A stretch of 64,000 nucleotides of DNA from Desulfobacterales bacterium (GTDB lineage: Bacteria > Desulfobacterota > Desulfobacteria > Desulfobacterales > JAEINQ01), in contig JAEINQ010000027.1 in NCBI GenBank assembly GCA_016342285.1, positions 7,841 through 71,840 of the forward strand. Direction: 5' to 3'. Position 1 is the first letter of the stretch. Each line of letters begins with the position of its first letter. Shown here piece by piece: positions 55,907 through 64,000 of the stretch. Made by a program: the position numbers and the translations under genes. The notes under the pieces were generated by a model. It did no database searches. It was not told where the DNA came from and was given only the letters and a program-made list of their open reading frames with translations.

Positions 55907-57442
55907 TTACATCGTTCCTTTTTCCTTGAATTCATCGCGCATCTTGTATTTGAGCACCTTGCCCGAAACGTTTCGCGGCAGGGCGTCCACCACCTCCAGA
56001 AGCCGGGGGATCTTGTAGTCGGCAATGCGCGGCTTGAGAAACTCGCGCAGATCGTCCAGCGTCAGGCTCTTTCCCTCCTGAAGCACCACCACGGCCATGA
56101 CGGTCTCACCCCACTGCTCATGGGGCACCCCGATAATCACCGCATCGGCGATGGCCGGGTTCTCGAAAATGGCGTCCTCGACCTCCTTGCTGTAGACGTT
56201 TTCGCCACCGGTAATGATCATGTCCTTGGCCCGGTCCACCAGGGTGATGTACCCTTCATCGTCCAGGGTCCCCAGATCGCCGGTATGGACCCAACCGTCT
56301 TTGATGGTTTCCGCGGTCGCCTCGGGGTTCTTGTAGTACTCCTTCATGGTGGTCTCGCCTTTGATGACCAACTCCCCCACCACGCCGGGCTCGGCAATGG
56401 TGTTGTCCTCGGTATCCACCAGGCGGGTCTCCATGTTGACAATGTACCTGCCTCCGGCCCCGGCCTTGCGGATCTGGTCTTCGGGGTACAGGGCTACGCC
56501 GCCGGGGCCGCCCTCGGTCAGTCCGCAAAGACAGAAAAACCGGTCGGTCTTGAATTTTTCGATCATCTTTCGTACCGCCTCGGCCGCCATGGGGGCGGCT
56601 CCGTAGCCGAAGAACCGCATCGAGGAGAGGTCATACTTGTCAAAGTCAGGCACGCTCATCATAAATGAGTACATGATCGGCGCACCGAAGAACTGGGTGA
56701 TTTTCTCCTTTTGGATCAGATCCAATACCAGGTTCGGCACAAAATCCTTAACGATGACATGGGTAGCGCCCACATAAGTGCCCGGGTTGCAGTAAAGGTT
56801 CAGCTCCGCCGAGTGGAACATGGGAGCGGCGTGGAGAATGCGGTCGGTGGGCTGAAGCTGGACCAGGGTGGCCACGGTGGTGGTGGTCACCATCTGGGCA
56901 TGGTGGATCAACAGCGCCCCCTTGGGCTTACCGGTGGTTCCCGAGGTGTAGATAATTTCGCTGTCGTCGAATTCGTCGACCTTGATGTCAGGATCTTCGA
57001 TCTTCCCCGACGCCATGACATCGGAGAGCGAGGTGAAGCCGTCAAAGCGCTCGATCCCGGCGGAGAAATAAGCTTTGACCTGTTCGATCCGGGGTTTCAT
57101 TTCCCGCACGGCCGGCTCGAAGACATCGTCAAAAATCACCGACACGGCATCACAGTTGCCAAAGATGTACTCGGCCTCCCGGGCGGCCAGGCGGAAATTG
57201 ACCGGCACTGCCACGGCCCCGATCTTGACGATGCCGTAGAAGGCGAACATGAACAGGTCGGAATTGAACATCCACATGGCGACCTTGTCCCCCTTTTTCA
57301 CGCCGGCTTCGACCAGCGCATGGGCAACGGTATTGACCCGCTCGTTGACCTCCTTCCAGGTGTAACGGCTATCCTGAAAAATGATCCCTTCCTTGTCCGG
57401 AACCGTCCGGGCGTTACGTGCGACCAGTCCTCCGAGATCCAT
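55907..57442 (-). CDS. AMP-forming acyl-CoA ligase
   Basis: 511 aa. IIYTSGTTGKPKGA, GLTEGG, HTGDLGTLDDEGYITLVDRAKD, ...RNVSGKVLK. Confidence 0.9.
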   Translation of the reverse strand: MDLGGLVARNARTVPDKEGIIFQDSRYTWKEVNERVNTVAHALVEAGVKKGDKVAMWMFNSDLFMFAFYGIVKIGAVAVPVNFRLAAREAEYIFGNCDAVSVIFDDVFEPAVREMKPRIEQVKAYFSAGIERFDGFTSLSDVMASGKIEDPDIKVDEFDDSEIIYTSGTTGKPKGALLIHHAQMVTTTTVATLVQLQPTDRILHAAPMFHSAELNLYCNPGTYVGATHVIVKDFVPNLVLDLIQKEKITQFFGAPIMYSFMMSVPDFDKYDLSSMRFFGYGAAPMAAEAVRKMIEKFKTDRFFCLCGLTEGGPGGVALYPEDQIRKAGAGGRYIVNMETRLVDTEDNTIAEPGVVGELVIKGETTMKEYYKNPEATAETIKDGWVHTGDLGTLDDEGYITLVDRAKDMIITGGENVYSKEVEDAIFENPAIADAVIIGVPHEQWGETVMAVVVLQEGKSLTLDDLREFLKPRIADYKIPRLLEVVDALPRNVSGKVLKYKMRDEFKEKGTM

Positions 57443-57551
57443 GGAATGCCTCCTTGCTATGGGTTGTTGGGTGTTGTCTTCTCGATGATGTCCCGTTGTC
57501 TATTGCTTTTCGTGTCTGGTTTTAAACAACTTTTTGCGAATGTATCACATG

Positions 57552-57959
57552 TCAAGCCAGACGAAAGGTCAGGCTTCGCATGTCTCCGACGGCATAGATA
57601 TCGCCGGGGACCGATTTGCTGCCGATGGTCACGGCGCGGCCCATGAGGGCCATATCCACCGCGTCGGGATCGATCTCTTCCATGTTGCCCATGACCCAGG
57701 CCCCGGAGGCCGTCTCCACCAGGGCCACCACAAAGGGCGGGGTTAGCCCCTCGGCCGCCACCCGGATCACGGTGAAAGAACGCAGGGTACCGCGCATTTC
57801 CAGTTCTTCCACGGCAAGGTCGCGGCCGGCGCAACTTCGACAGACCGCCTGGGGCGGCACGGTGACGGTGGCGCAGGCCTTACAACGCAGTCCCAGCAGC
57901 CGGTCTTCTTCGAGGCCCTGCTGGTATTGATTAAAATCGAGAGTCCGGTTCATGATCAT
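57552..57959 (-). CDS. Zn-ribbon/OB-fold protein (DUF35 family, thiolase partner)
   Basis: 135 aa. CKACATVTVPPQAVCRSCAG, then OB-fold TLRSFTVI. 4-nt overlap with the thiolase-like gene. Confidence 0.8.
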   Translation of the reverse strand: MIMNRTLDFNQYQQGLEEDRLLGLRCKACATVTVPPQAVCRSCAGRDLAVEELEMRGTLRSFTVIRVAAEGLTPPFVVALVETASGAWVMGNMEEIDPDAVDMALMGRAVTIGSKSVPGDIYAVGDMRSLTFRLA

Positions 57960-59125
57960 CTCCTTAAAACGATGTTACAGATGGTACCGAAATCGCCACC
58001 TAGGGTATCTACCAGGCCGACCCGTGCCCCGCCGACCTGTCGCCCGCCCGCCTCGCCGCGAAGCTGGGTGACGATCTCCACCACCTGGGCGGCGCCCGTG
58101 GCGCCGATGGGGTGCCCCTTGGCCTTAAGCCCCCCGGACGGGTTCACGGTGACCCCCTTGCCGCCCAGGCGGGTCTCTCCGCGACTGGCCGCATCAAAAC
58201 CCCTCCCCGGCTCGTAGAAGCCCAGGGCCTCGATTGCCAGGATCTCGGCCATGGTGAAGCAGTCGTGCAGTTCGCAGACGTCGATGTCCGCCGGGCCGAT
58301 ACCGGCCTGTTTGTAAGCAGCCGCAGAGGCAGTTTCCCTGGATCTCACCCGGGTTAGGTCCTGCTGGAGGTTGAGCGGTCCCGCGGCCGCCTGACCCGTA
58401 CCGGCCACAAAAACCGGCTTTTCCACCAGTTGTCGGGCCTTGTCAGCCGAGGCAATCACCACAGCCGCAGCCCCGTCGGAAAAGGGGCAACAGTCGAGCA
58501 GTTGCAGGGGATCGGCGATCATGGCCCCGCCCAGTACCTTTTCCACGCTGATCTCTTTGCGGAAATGGGCCTTGGGGTTTTTGGCCCCGTGGAAGTGATT
58601 CTTCACCGCCACCTCGGCCATGTGACGTTTGAGGTCGGCCAGAGTCAGACCGTACTTGGCCGCATACATGTGGGTGGCCATGGCGAACACCCCGGGAAAG
58701 GTGATGCCGGTGGGGGTTTCATACTGGGCATGGCAGGCCATGGCAAAGGTGCGGGTGGCCAGGGGCGTGCCCATGGCTGCGGCCCTTTCGGTGCCGCCGA
58801 CCAGCACCACGTCGTAAACCCCGGCCGCCACCAGGAGGGCCGCATGGCGAATGGCAACAGTGGCCGTGGCGCATGCACTTTCAAAACGGGTGGCCGGCGC
58901 AGCCATGGGCAAACCGATGGCCGAATGGACAAAAGGGGCCATGTGAAGTTGGCCCTCCTCGAAATCCCCCAGGCAGTTTCCGAAGAACAGGGCTTCCATG
59001 TCCCCCGGTTCCAGGTTGGACCGGTCGATGGCCTCCAGGGCCGCATCCGAGAACATTTCGATGTTGCTGCGGTCCGATATGCCAAAAGGGGTCATGCCCA
59101 CCCCGGCAATGGCGACTTCTCTCAT
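57956..59125 (-). CDS. Thiolase-domain protein (SCP-x/non-specific lipid-transfer-type)
   Basis: Start at MREVAIAGVGMTPFG (ATG at 59125, AAGGAGA SD). ...CATATVAIRHAA...CELHDCFT...GGLKAKGHPIGATG. Confidence 0.85.
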   Translation of the reverse strand: MREVAIAGVGMTPFGISDRSNIEMFSDAALEAIDRSNLEPGDMEALFFGNCLGDFEEGQLHMAPFVHSAIGLPMAAPATRFESACATATVAIRHAALLVAAGVYDVVLVGGTERAAAMGTPLATRTFAMACHAQYETPTGITFPGVFAMATHMYAAKYGLTLADLKRHMAEVAVKNHFHGAKNPKAHFRKEISVEKVLGGAMIADPLQLLDCCPFSDGAAAVVIASADKARQLVEKPVFVAGTGQAAAGPLNLQQDLTRVRSRETASAAAYKQAGIGPADIDVCELHDCFTMAEILAIEALGFYEPGRGFDAASRGETRLGGKGVTVNPSGGLKAKGHPIGATGAAQVVEIVTQLRGEAGGRQVGGARVGLVDTLGGDFGTICNIVLRR

Positions 59126-59169
59126 GGGTCTCTCCTTGATGGTTCCTGTCGTGTCACCTGCGAAGTGAA

Positions 59170-59937
59170 CTACCGGGCCGCCATGCGGATGCACGAATCC
59201 AGCCGGATGGTTTCGCCGTTCAAAATGGGATTGGCGATGATCTGGCCGGCCAGCATGGCATACTCCTCGGGTTTTCCCAGACGTTTGGGAAAGGGTGCCA
59301 TCTGGGCCAGGGCGGTCCTGGCTTTTTCCGGCAGCCCCGCCAGCATGGGGGTTTCAAAGAGCCCCGGCGCGATGGTCATCACCCGAATGCCGTAGTCGGC
59401 AAACTCCCGGGCAATGGGCAGGGTCATGCCCGCCACCCCGGCCTTGGAAGCGCTGTAGGCCGCCTGGCCGATCTGCCCGTCAAAGGCGGCCACCGAGGCG
59501 GTATTGATGACCACCCCCTTTTCGCCGTCGGCATTGCCCCCATTGGCCGTCATCTTCCCGGCAGCGGCCACGATCACGTTCATGGTGCCGATCAGGTTGA
59601 TTCCCACGGTCCGGGCAAAACCGGCCATATCCATGGGCCCCTTCTTGCTGAGCACCTTGGCCGGCGTGCCCACACCGGCACAGTTGATGAGGACATGAAC
59701 CGCACCGAAGGCGTCGACGGCCCTATCCACGGCCGCCTGGACGCTGGTCATATCGACCACGTCGGTTTGGCGGAAAATCACGTCATCACCGAGCTCTTCG
59801 GCTATTTTCTCACCCCGGGCCGCGTCAAAATCGAGAATGGCGATTTTCGCCCCTTCGGCCAGAAATTTTCGAACACAGGCCTCGCCCAGACCCGACGCAC
59901 CGCCGGTCACCAGTACCGTGCATCCCTTGATATCCAC
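59170..59937 (-). CDS. SDR-family 3-hydroxyacyl-CoA dehydrogenase-like oxidoreductase
   Basis: 255 aa. GTG start with AAGGAGG SD. TGGASGLG, YSASKAG. Confidence 0.85.
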   Translation of the reverse strand: MDIKGCTVLVTGGASGLGEACVRKFLAEGAKIAILDFDAARGEKIAEELGDDVIFRQTDVVDMTSVQAAVDRAVDAFGAVHVLINCAGVGTPAKVLSKKGPMDMAGFARTVGINLIGTMNVIVAAAGKMTANGGNADGEKGVVINTASVAAFDGQIGQAAYSASKAGVAGMTLPIAREFADYGIRVMTIAPGLFETPMLAGLPEKARTALAQMAPFPKRLGKPEEYAMLAGQIIANPILNGETIRLDSCIRMAAR

Positions 59938-59949
59938 GCAATCCTCCTT

Positions 59950-59997
59950 AATCCGTCAATCCGCCAATCCGTCAATCCGTCAATCCGCCAATCCCCA
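59950..59997 (-). repeat. Tandem 8-mer array (AATCCGYC x6) running directly into the SD of the SDR gene
   Basis: Six phase-perfect units. On the coding (minus) strand the array reads ...GGATTGGCGGATTGACGGATTGACGGATTAAGGAGGattgcGTG. Confidence 0.9.
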
Positions 59998-60004
59998 CAT
60001 CCCT

Positions 60005-60102
60005 CATCCAGCATCCAGCATCCAGCATCCAGCATCCAGTATCCAGCATCCAGCATCCAGCATCCAGTATCCAGCATCCAGCATCCAGCACCCAGCATCC
60101 AG
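60005..60102 (-). repeat. Tandem heptamer array (CATCCAG x14; CTGGATG on the transcribed strand)
   Basis: 14 contiguous 7-nt units with 3 single-base variants, between the TetR stop (60107) and the 8-mer array. Confidence 0.95.
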
Positions 60103-60106
60103 ACCC

Positions 60107-60703
60107 CTACCGTCGAATACCGTCGAAAAGGATACGGCAAGTCCTTTCACAGATCGCATCGGCGTCTAAGGGCCGGTTGAAGATGAGGCTGGCCAGGGTT
60201 GAATGCTCAATGGTGCCGAACATGGCGTCCCGGATGGCCTCCGGGGCCACATCGTCACGAATCTCGCCATTTTCGATTCCTGTTTTAATGATGCCCAGAA
60301 TAATCCGGCTGTGGCGCCGAACCTCGGCATAGGCGCTGCTCTCAAAGAAACTAGCGGCGTTTCTCACCTCCAGCAGCAGGATTCGGGCAAAGACGCGATG
60401 GCGGTTATAGCTGTCCAGATAGGCATGCATGATGGCCCGCAATTTCAGCAGGGCCGTGTCCGCATCGGCGATGGCCGCCTCGCATTGGGTGATAAACCGG
60501 TTGAAGTGCGTTTCCAGCACATGGTAGAGCAGGTCCCGTTTGTTATCAAAATACTTGTAAATCAGCCCCTCGGTGACGCCGGCGGTGCGAGCGATCTCGG
60601 CCGTGGTGATGGAATTGAAATCATTGGTTTCAAGCAGCTTGCGAACGGACCGGACAATTTTTCTCCGGCCCGGCGGCTGGCTGCGCGGGTTGTTTTCGCT
60701 CAT
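60107..60703 (-). CDS. TetR/AcrR-family transcriptional regulator
   Basis: 198 aa. [34 protein letters not shown]. Confidence 0.9.
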   Translation of the reverse strand: MSENNPRSQPPGRRKIVRSVRKLLETNDFNSITTAEIARTAGVTEGLIYKYFDNKRDLLYHVLETHFNRFITQCEAAIADADTALLKLRAIMHAYLDSYNRHRVFARILLLEVRNAASFFESSAYAEVRRHSRIILGIIKTGIENGEIRDDVAPEAIRDAMFGTIEHSTLASLIFNRPLDADAICERTCRILFDGIRR

Positions 60704-60754
60704 GAAACCTCCAGGGTTCGGTCATGGGGCTGTGTTCCCATGGCCATGATGAGG

Positions 60755-60771
60755 TGAGTAATATTTACTCA
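60755..60771. promoter_or_regulatory. Palindromic operator candidate upstream of the TetR gene
   Basis: TGAGTAA-tat-TTACTCA, 52 nt upstream of the ATG at 60703. Confidence 0.5.
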
Positions 60772-60933
60772 TCTGCCGAATCCCTGTCAAGAAGTAAATC
60801 CATGAACCAGCCGTCCATGGCGCCAAAAAGCGTGTTTACATCACCCGGGGGTTGGGGTAACGTGATGGTCCGTTTGGCCCCGGCTTGCCGGAACGGACCG
60901 GCATTTTATTTCTAGCTATTGGAATTCGCCCCT

Positions 60934-61590
60934 ATGAAACCTCTGCGTTACCTGCTGTTTTCCTTGTTTATGGCCGCCGCCCTCCCTCTGTTTGCAACCG
61001 CAGCCGACCCGCCCCTGGATCGCATACTGGATGGCATCGAACAGCGATACGCCCCGGCCGGATTCTCTGCCCGGTTCACCCAGACAGCCACCCTCAAGGC
61101 GATGGACATCACCGACACGGCCTCCGGCACCATCAGGGTCAAACGTCCGGGCAAAATGCGCTGGGCCTACGAAACGCCGGAGCCCCAGCTCATTGTCACC
61201 GACGGCCAAATGCTCTGGATCTACCGGCCTGAAGACAACCAGGTCATGGTGGGGGCGGCGCCGGAATTCTTCGGCGGCGGCAAGGGAGCGGGGTTTTTGT
61301 CCGACATGAAACAGATGCGCGAGGATTTTGACATCGCCATGGCCCCGCCGGAAAGCGACGACCGTTTCCGCCTGAAACTGGTCCCCCGGCGGCAGGGGCT
61401 GGGCGTGGCCCAAATCTACGTGGGAGTATCAAAAAAGGCCTTTGATGTGGAGCAGATCCTCACCGTCAACGCCTATGGCGACGAAACCCGCATCACACTG
61501 AGCGACATCGCCTTTGAAAACACCATGGCCGACAGTGACTTCGTCTTCGCCATTCCCGAAGACGCCGAGATTCTCCAGCTTGACCAGTAA
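60934..61590 (+). CDS. lolA: Outer-membrane lipoprotein carrier protein
   Basis: MKPLRYLLFSLFMAAALPLFA signal peptide. ...RFTQTATLKAMDITDTASGTIRVKRPGKMRWAYETPEPQLIVTDGQMLWIY. Confidence 0.85.
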   Translation: MKPLRYLLFSLFMAAALPLFATAADPPLDRILDGIEQRYAPAGFSARFTQTATLKAMDITDTASGTIRVKRPGKMRWAYETPEPQLIVTDGQMLWIYRPEDNQVMVGAAPEFFGGGKGAGFLSDMKQMREDFDIAMAPPESDDRFRLKLVPRRQGLGVAQIYVGVSKKAFDVEQILTVNAYGDETRITLSDIAFENTMADSDFVFAIPEDAEILQLDQ

Positions 61591-62043
61591 AGCATGAGGA
61601 GGGTGCTTAATAAGACGCGTCAACCACCACACAAAGCGATTGCGCGGCATAGCCGCTACCAAAATGTGTATCACCGCAAAGCCGCAAAGATCGCAAAGTT
61701 TTTTTGACAGGATGAACAGGATATCCAGGATTTATTTGTTCGGCCGATCCCCTACAAAAAACTGCCGCAGGCGCTCCGGCCGAACAAATGGTGCCAGGCC
61801 CTTCGGGCAGGTGCTCGGCCTCACCAGACCTGGTGCCGTGTCGGAAGCCCCGATTCCCGTTATCTCTCCCGTCAGGGATCGCAGCTTTTACGGAATCGCA
61901 GCCTGTAATGGCCGCGTTTTGGCCAGTACAGGACCCGATTCCGTAAAAAGGACTTCTTAGCGTTCTTGGCGCCTTGAGCGAAGCGGGCGGTGAGATTATT
62001 AGGTTTAGTTTGATTTTTTTACGAATTCATCAGTGAGGAAAAA

Positions 62044-62937
62044 TTGAAAGAAAAGATAAAAGACCTGCTCAAAGAGAAAAACGCCATTCTTCTGGCCCAC
62101 AACTACGAGCCACCGGAAATCCAGGACATGGCCGACCTGTGTGGCGACTCCCTGGAGTTGAGCATCCGGGCCTCACGCACCGACGCTGCGGTCATCGTCT
62201 TTTGCGGGGTGCACTTCATGGCCGAGACCGCCTCCATCCTCTGTCCGGACAAGACGGTGCTGTTGCCCCGCCGCGAGGCAGGCTGCGAAATGGCCGACAT
62301 GATCACCGCCGAGGCCTTGAGGGAGAAAATCGACCAACTCCCGCCCATGCCGGTGGTCACCTATGTCAACTCCCCCGCCGATGTCAAAGCCCTGAGCACC
62401 GTCTGCTGCACCTCGGCCAATGTGGTCAAGGTGGCCCAAAGCCTGGATGCCGACGAGATGCTCATGATCCCGGACCGGAACCTGGCCCGTTACGCCGCCT
62501 CGCAGACCGACAAGAAGATCCACCTCTGGGACGGCTACTGTCCCTTCCATGACCGGCTCACCCCCCAAGAGGTTCTGGCCGCCCGAAAGGCCCACCCGGA
62601 GGCGGTCTTCATGGCCCACCCCGAGTGCCGGCCGGAGATTCTGGAGATGGCCGACATCGTCACCTCCACCTCGGGAATGATCCGCCATGCCGCCGAATCG
62701 ACCGACGAGGAATTCATCGTGGGCACCGAAGTCGGTATCCTCCACCCCATTGGAAAGGCCAATCCGGGCAAGCGATTCTATCCGGCCTCGGAAAAGATGC
62801 TGTGCCCGGATATGAAACGGATCTCCTTAGACGACGTGGTTCGAAGTCTGGAGGAGATGTCCGGCGAGGTCAAAGTCCCCGAAACGATCCGGGTGCCGGC
62901 CCTGGCCGCGGTGGAGCGGATGATCGCGATTGTATAA
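62044..62937 (+). CDS. nadA: Quinolinate synthase
   Basis: 297 aa. TTG start after GAGGA. ...ILLAHNYEPPEIQDMADLCGDSLELS...FCGVHFMAETA...CCTSAN... Confidence 0.9.
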   Translation: MKEKIKDLLKEKNAILLAHNYEPPEIQDMADLCGDSLELSIRASRTDAAVIVFCGVHFMAETASILCPDKTVLLPRREAGCEMADMITAEALREKIDQLPPMPVVTYVNSPADVKALSTVCCTSANVVKVAQSLDADEMLMIPDRNLARYAASQTDKKIHLWDGYCPFHDRLTPQEVLAARKAHPEAVFMAHPECRPEILEMADIVTSTSGMIRHAAESTDEEFIVGTEVGILHPIGKANPGKRFYPASEKMLCPDMKRISLDDVVRSLEEMSGEVKVPETIRVPALAAVERMIAIV

Positions 62938-63000
62938 AAAAAGGTAGAAGGCTGAAGGGGGAAGACTGAAGGAAAAACCTTTTTTCACGCCCCCCTTAGC

Positions 63001-63224
63001 CCCTCGACCCCTTGAACCCTTGAACCCTCGACCCCTCGACCCCTTGACCCCTTGAACCCTCGACCCCTTGACCCCTTGACTCCTCGACCCCTTGACCCCT
63101 CGACCCCTCGACCCCTCGACCCCTCGAACCCTCGACCCCTCGACCCCTCGACCCCTTGACCCCTTGACCCCTCGACCCCTCGACCCCCCGACCCCTCGAC
63201 CCCCCGACCCCTCGACCCCTCGGC
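63001..63224. repeat. Phase-perfect 8-mer tandem array (CCCYYGRM x28) between convergent nadA and yebC
   Basis: 28 consecutive 8-nt units (ccctcgac / cccttgac / cccttgaa ...) counted by hand. A GAAGG-rich stretch (62941-62980) precedes the array. Confidence 0.95.
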
Positions 63225-63310
63225 CCCTAAAAACAAACGCCCGGCAATGCCTCGTGAGGCGCGGCCGAGCGTTTGTGTATTCAACCGAAAGAGCGGGGAA
63301 GCCCCCCCCG

Positions 63311-64000
63311 TCAGCCGTCCATGATATCGTCAGGAATATCCGCGTTGGTGTAGACCTTCTGGACATCGTCGTTGTCGTCCAGGTTGTCGATGAGCCGGAT
63401 CATCTGCTCGGCCTCTTTGCCGGCCAGCGGGGCGGTGGTCTGGGGGAGCATGGTGACCTCGGCCCCGATGTGGGCGATGCCGGCGGCTTCGATGGCATCA
63501 AGGACCGCCTCAAAATCCTGGGGATCGGTAATCACTTCGAAATTGTCCCCGTCCTCGAGCACGTCCTCGGCCCCGGCTTCCAGGGCACACTCCATAAGGG
63601 CTTCTTCGTCGGCCGCGCTCTTTTCCACCACCAGGTATCCCTTTTTGTCAAAGAGGTAGCCCACGCATCCGCTGGCCCCTAAGTTGCCGCCGGCCTTGTT
63701 GAAGATGTGTCTGACCTCGGCCACGGTCCGGTTCTTGTTGTCGGTGAGCGATTCCACCATGACGGCGGCGCCGCCCGGACCGTACCCCTCGTAGACGATC
63801 TCCTCGTAGTTGACCCCTTCCAGATCACCGGTCCCCTTCTTAATGGCCCGGTCCATGTTGTCCTTGGGCATGTTCTCCGCCCGGGCAGCCAAAACGGCGG
63901 TGCGCAGTCGCGGGTTGGCGTTGACGTCGCCGCCGCCCATGCGGGCCGCCACGGTGATCTCCTTGATGAGCTTGGTGAAGCTCTTTCCGCGTTTGGCGTC
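63311..64000 (-). CDS. yebC: YebC/PmpR-family transcriptional regulator; the 5' end lies outside the window
   Basis: ...[56 protein letters not shown]... The reading frame continues to the window edge. Confidence 0.9.
   Translation of the reverse strand, partial: DAKRGKSFTKLIKEITVAARMGGGDVNANPRLRTAVLAARAENMPKDNMDRAIKKGTGDLEGVNYEEIVYEGYGPGGAAVMVESLTDNKNRTVAEVRHIFNKAGGNLGASGCVGYLFDKKGYLVVEKSAADEEALMECALEAGAEDVLEDGDNFEVITDPQDFEAVLDAIEAAGIAHIGAEVTMLPQTTAPLAGKEAEQMIRLIDNLDDNDDVQKVYTNADIPDDIMDG

Noticed and set aside
59950-60102. Possible CRISPR arrays at the short tandem repeats (also 39498-39553, 53696-53786, 63001-63224)
   Set aside because: The units are only 6-8 nt and directly abut each other with no unique spacers. 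No cas genes are in the window. These are microsatellite-like arrays, not CRISPR.
62827-63682. ORFs 62827..63366 (-) and 63092..63682 (+) encoding GRGVEGSR / PLDPSTPR repeat proteins
   Set aside because: They are read through the 8-nt tandem array. An 8-nt period is not frame-preserving in evolution. The plus ORF overlaps the well-supported yebC gene antisense, and neither has a convincing SD.

Overview
High-GC (about 60%) chromosomal segment that looks like a sulfate-reducing Desulfobacterota (Desulfobacterales-like) genome. That assignment is inferred from gene content: many PAS/hybrid histidine kinases, sigma54 activators, an ORP-like metallocluster operon, an AhbA/B-like gene and xsc. I call about 55 protein genes. 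Housekeeping genes: cysS, proA, nadA, lolA, ubiE/menG, mtnA, yebC, a PBP1A and a SPOR protein. Signalling genes: 4 histidine kinases, 2 sigma54 enhancer-binding proteins and an HDOD protein. There are four radical-SAM enzymes, and two of them are B12-type, each followed by an orphan periplasmic binding protein. There are two TetR-controlled acyl-CoA operons and a zraP/zraSR-like envelope-stress locus. I found no rRNA, tRNA, CRISPR array, transposase or integrase. Six observations stand out. (1) A compact CI/LexA-type (S24) repressor module shares a palindromic operator with three tiny zinc-ribbon/membrane genes. (2) A sigma54-driven ORP-like Fe-S/Mo-cluster operon is extended by CGGC, NifU-like, radical-SAM and MBL genes, and a 120-nt structured spacer splits it. 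(3) There are two B12-radical-SAM plus orphan-SBP pairs. One is TIGR03975-like (RiPP-maturase type) with no visible precursor and is coupled to a hybrid kinase. (4) The intergenic DNA is very rich in repeats. It holds phase-perfect 6/7/8-nt tandem arrays that place GGA motifs on the transcribed strand next to ribosome-binding sites, plus at least six mosaic repeat families. (5) Two decayed genes are present: an internally deleted CysZ/EI24 paralog and an internally deleted TrxR-like gene. (6) There are unusual fusions (DUF169-CoaE, DUF2889-PHP, and KamA with a long N-terminal extension). All functional calls rest on motifs recognised by eye in the translations. No database search was run.
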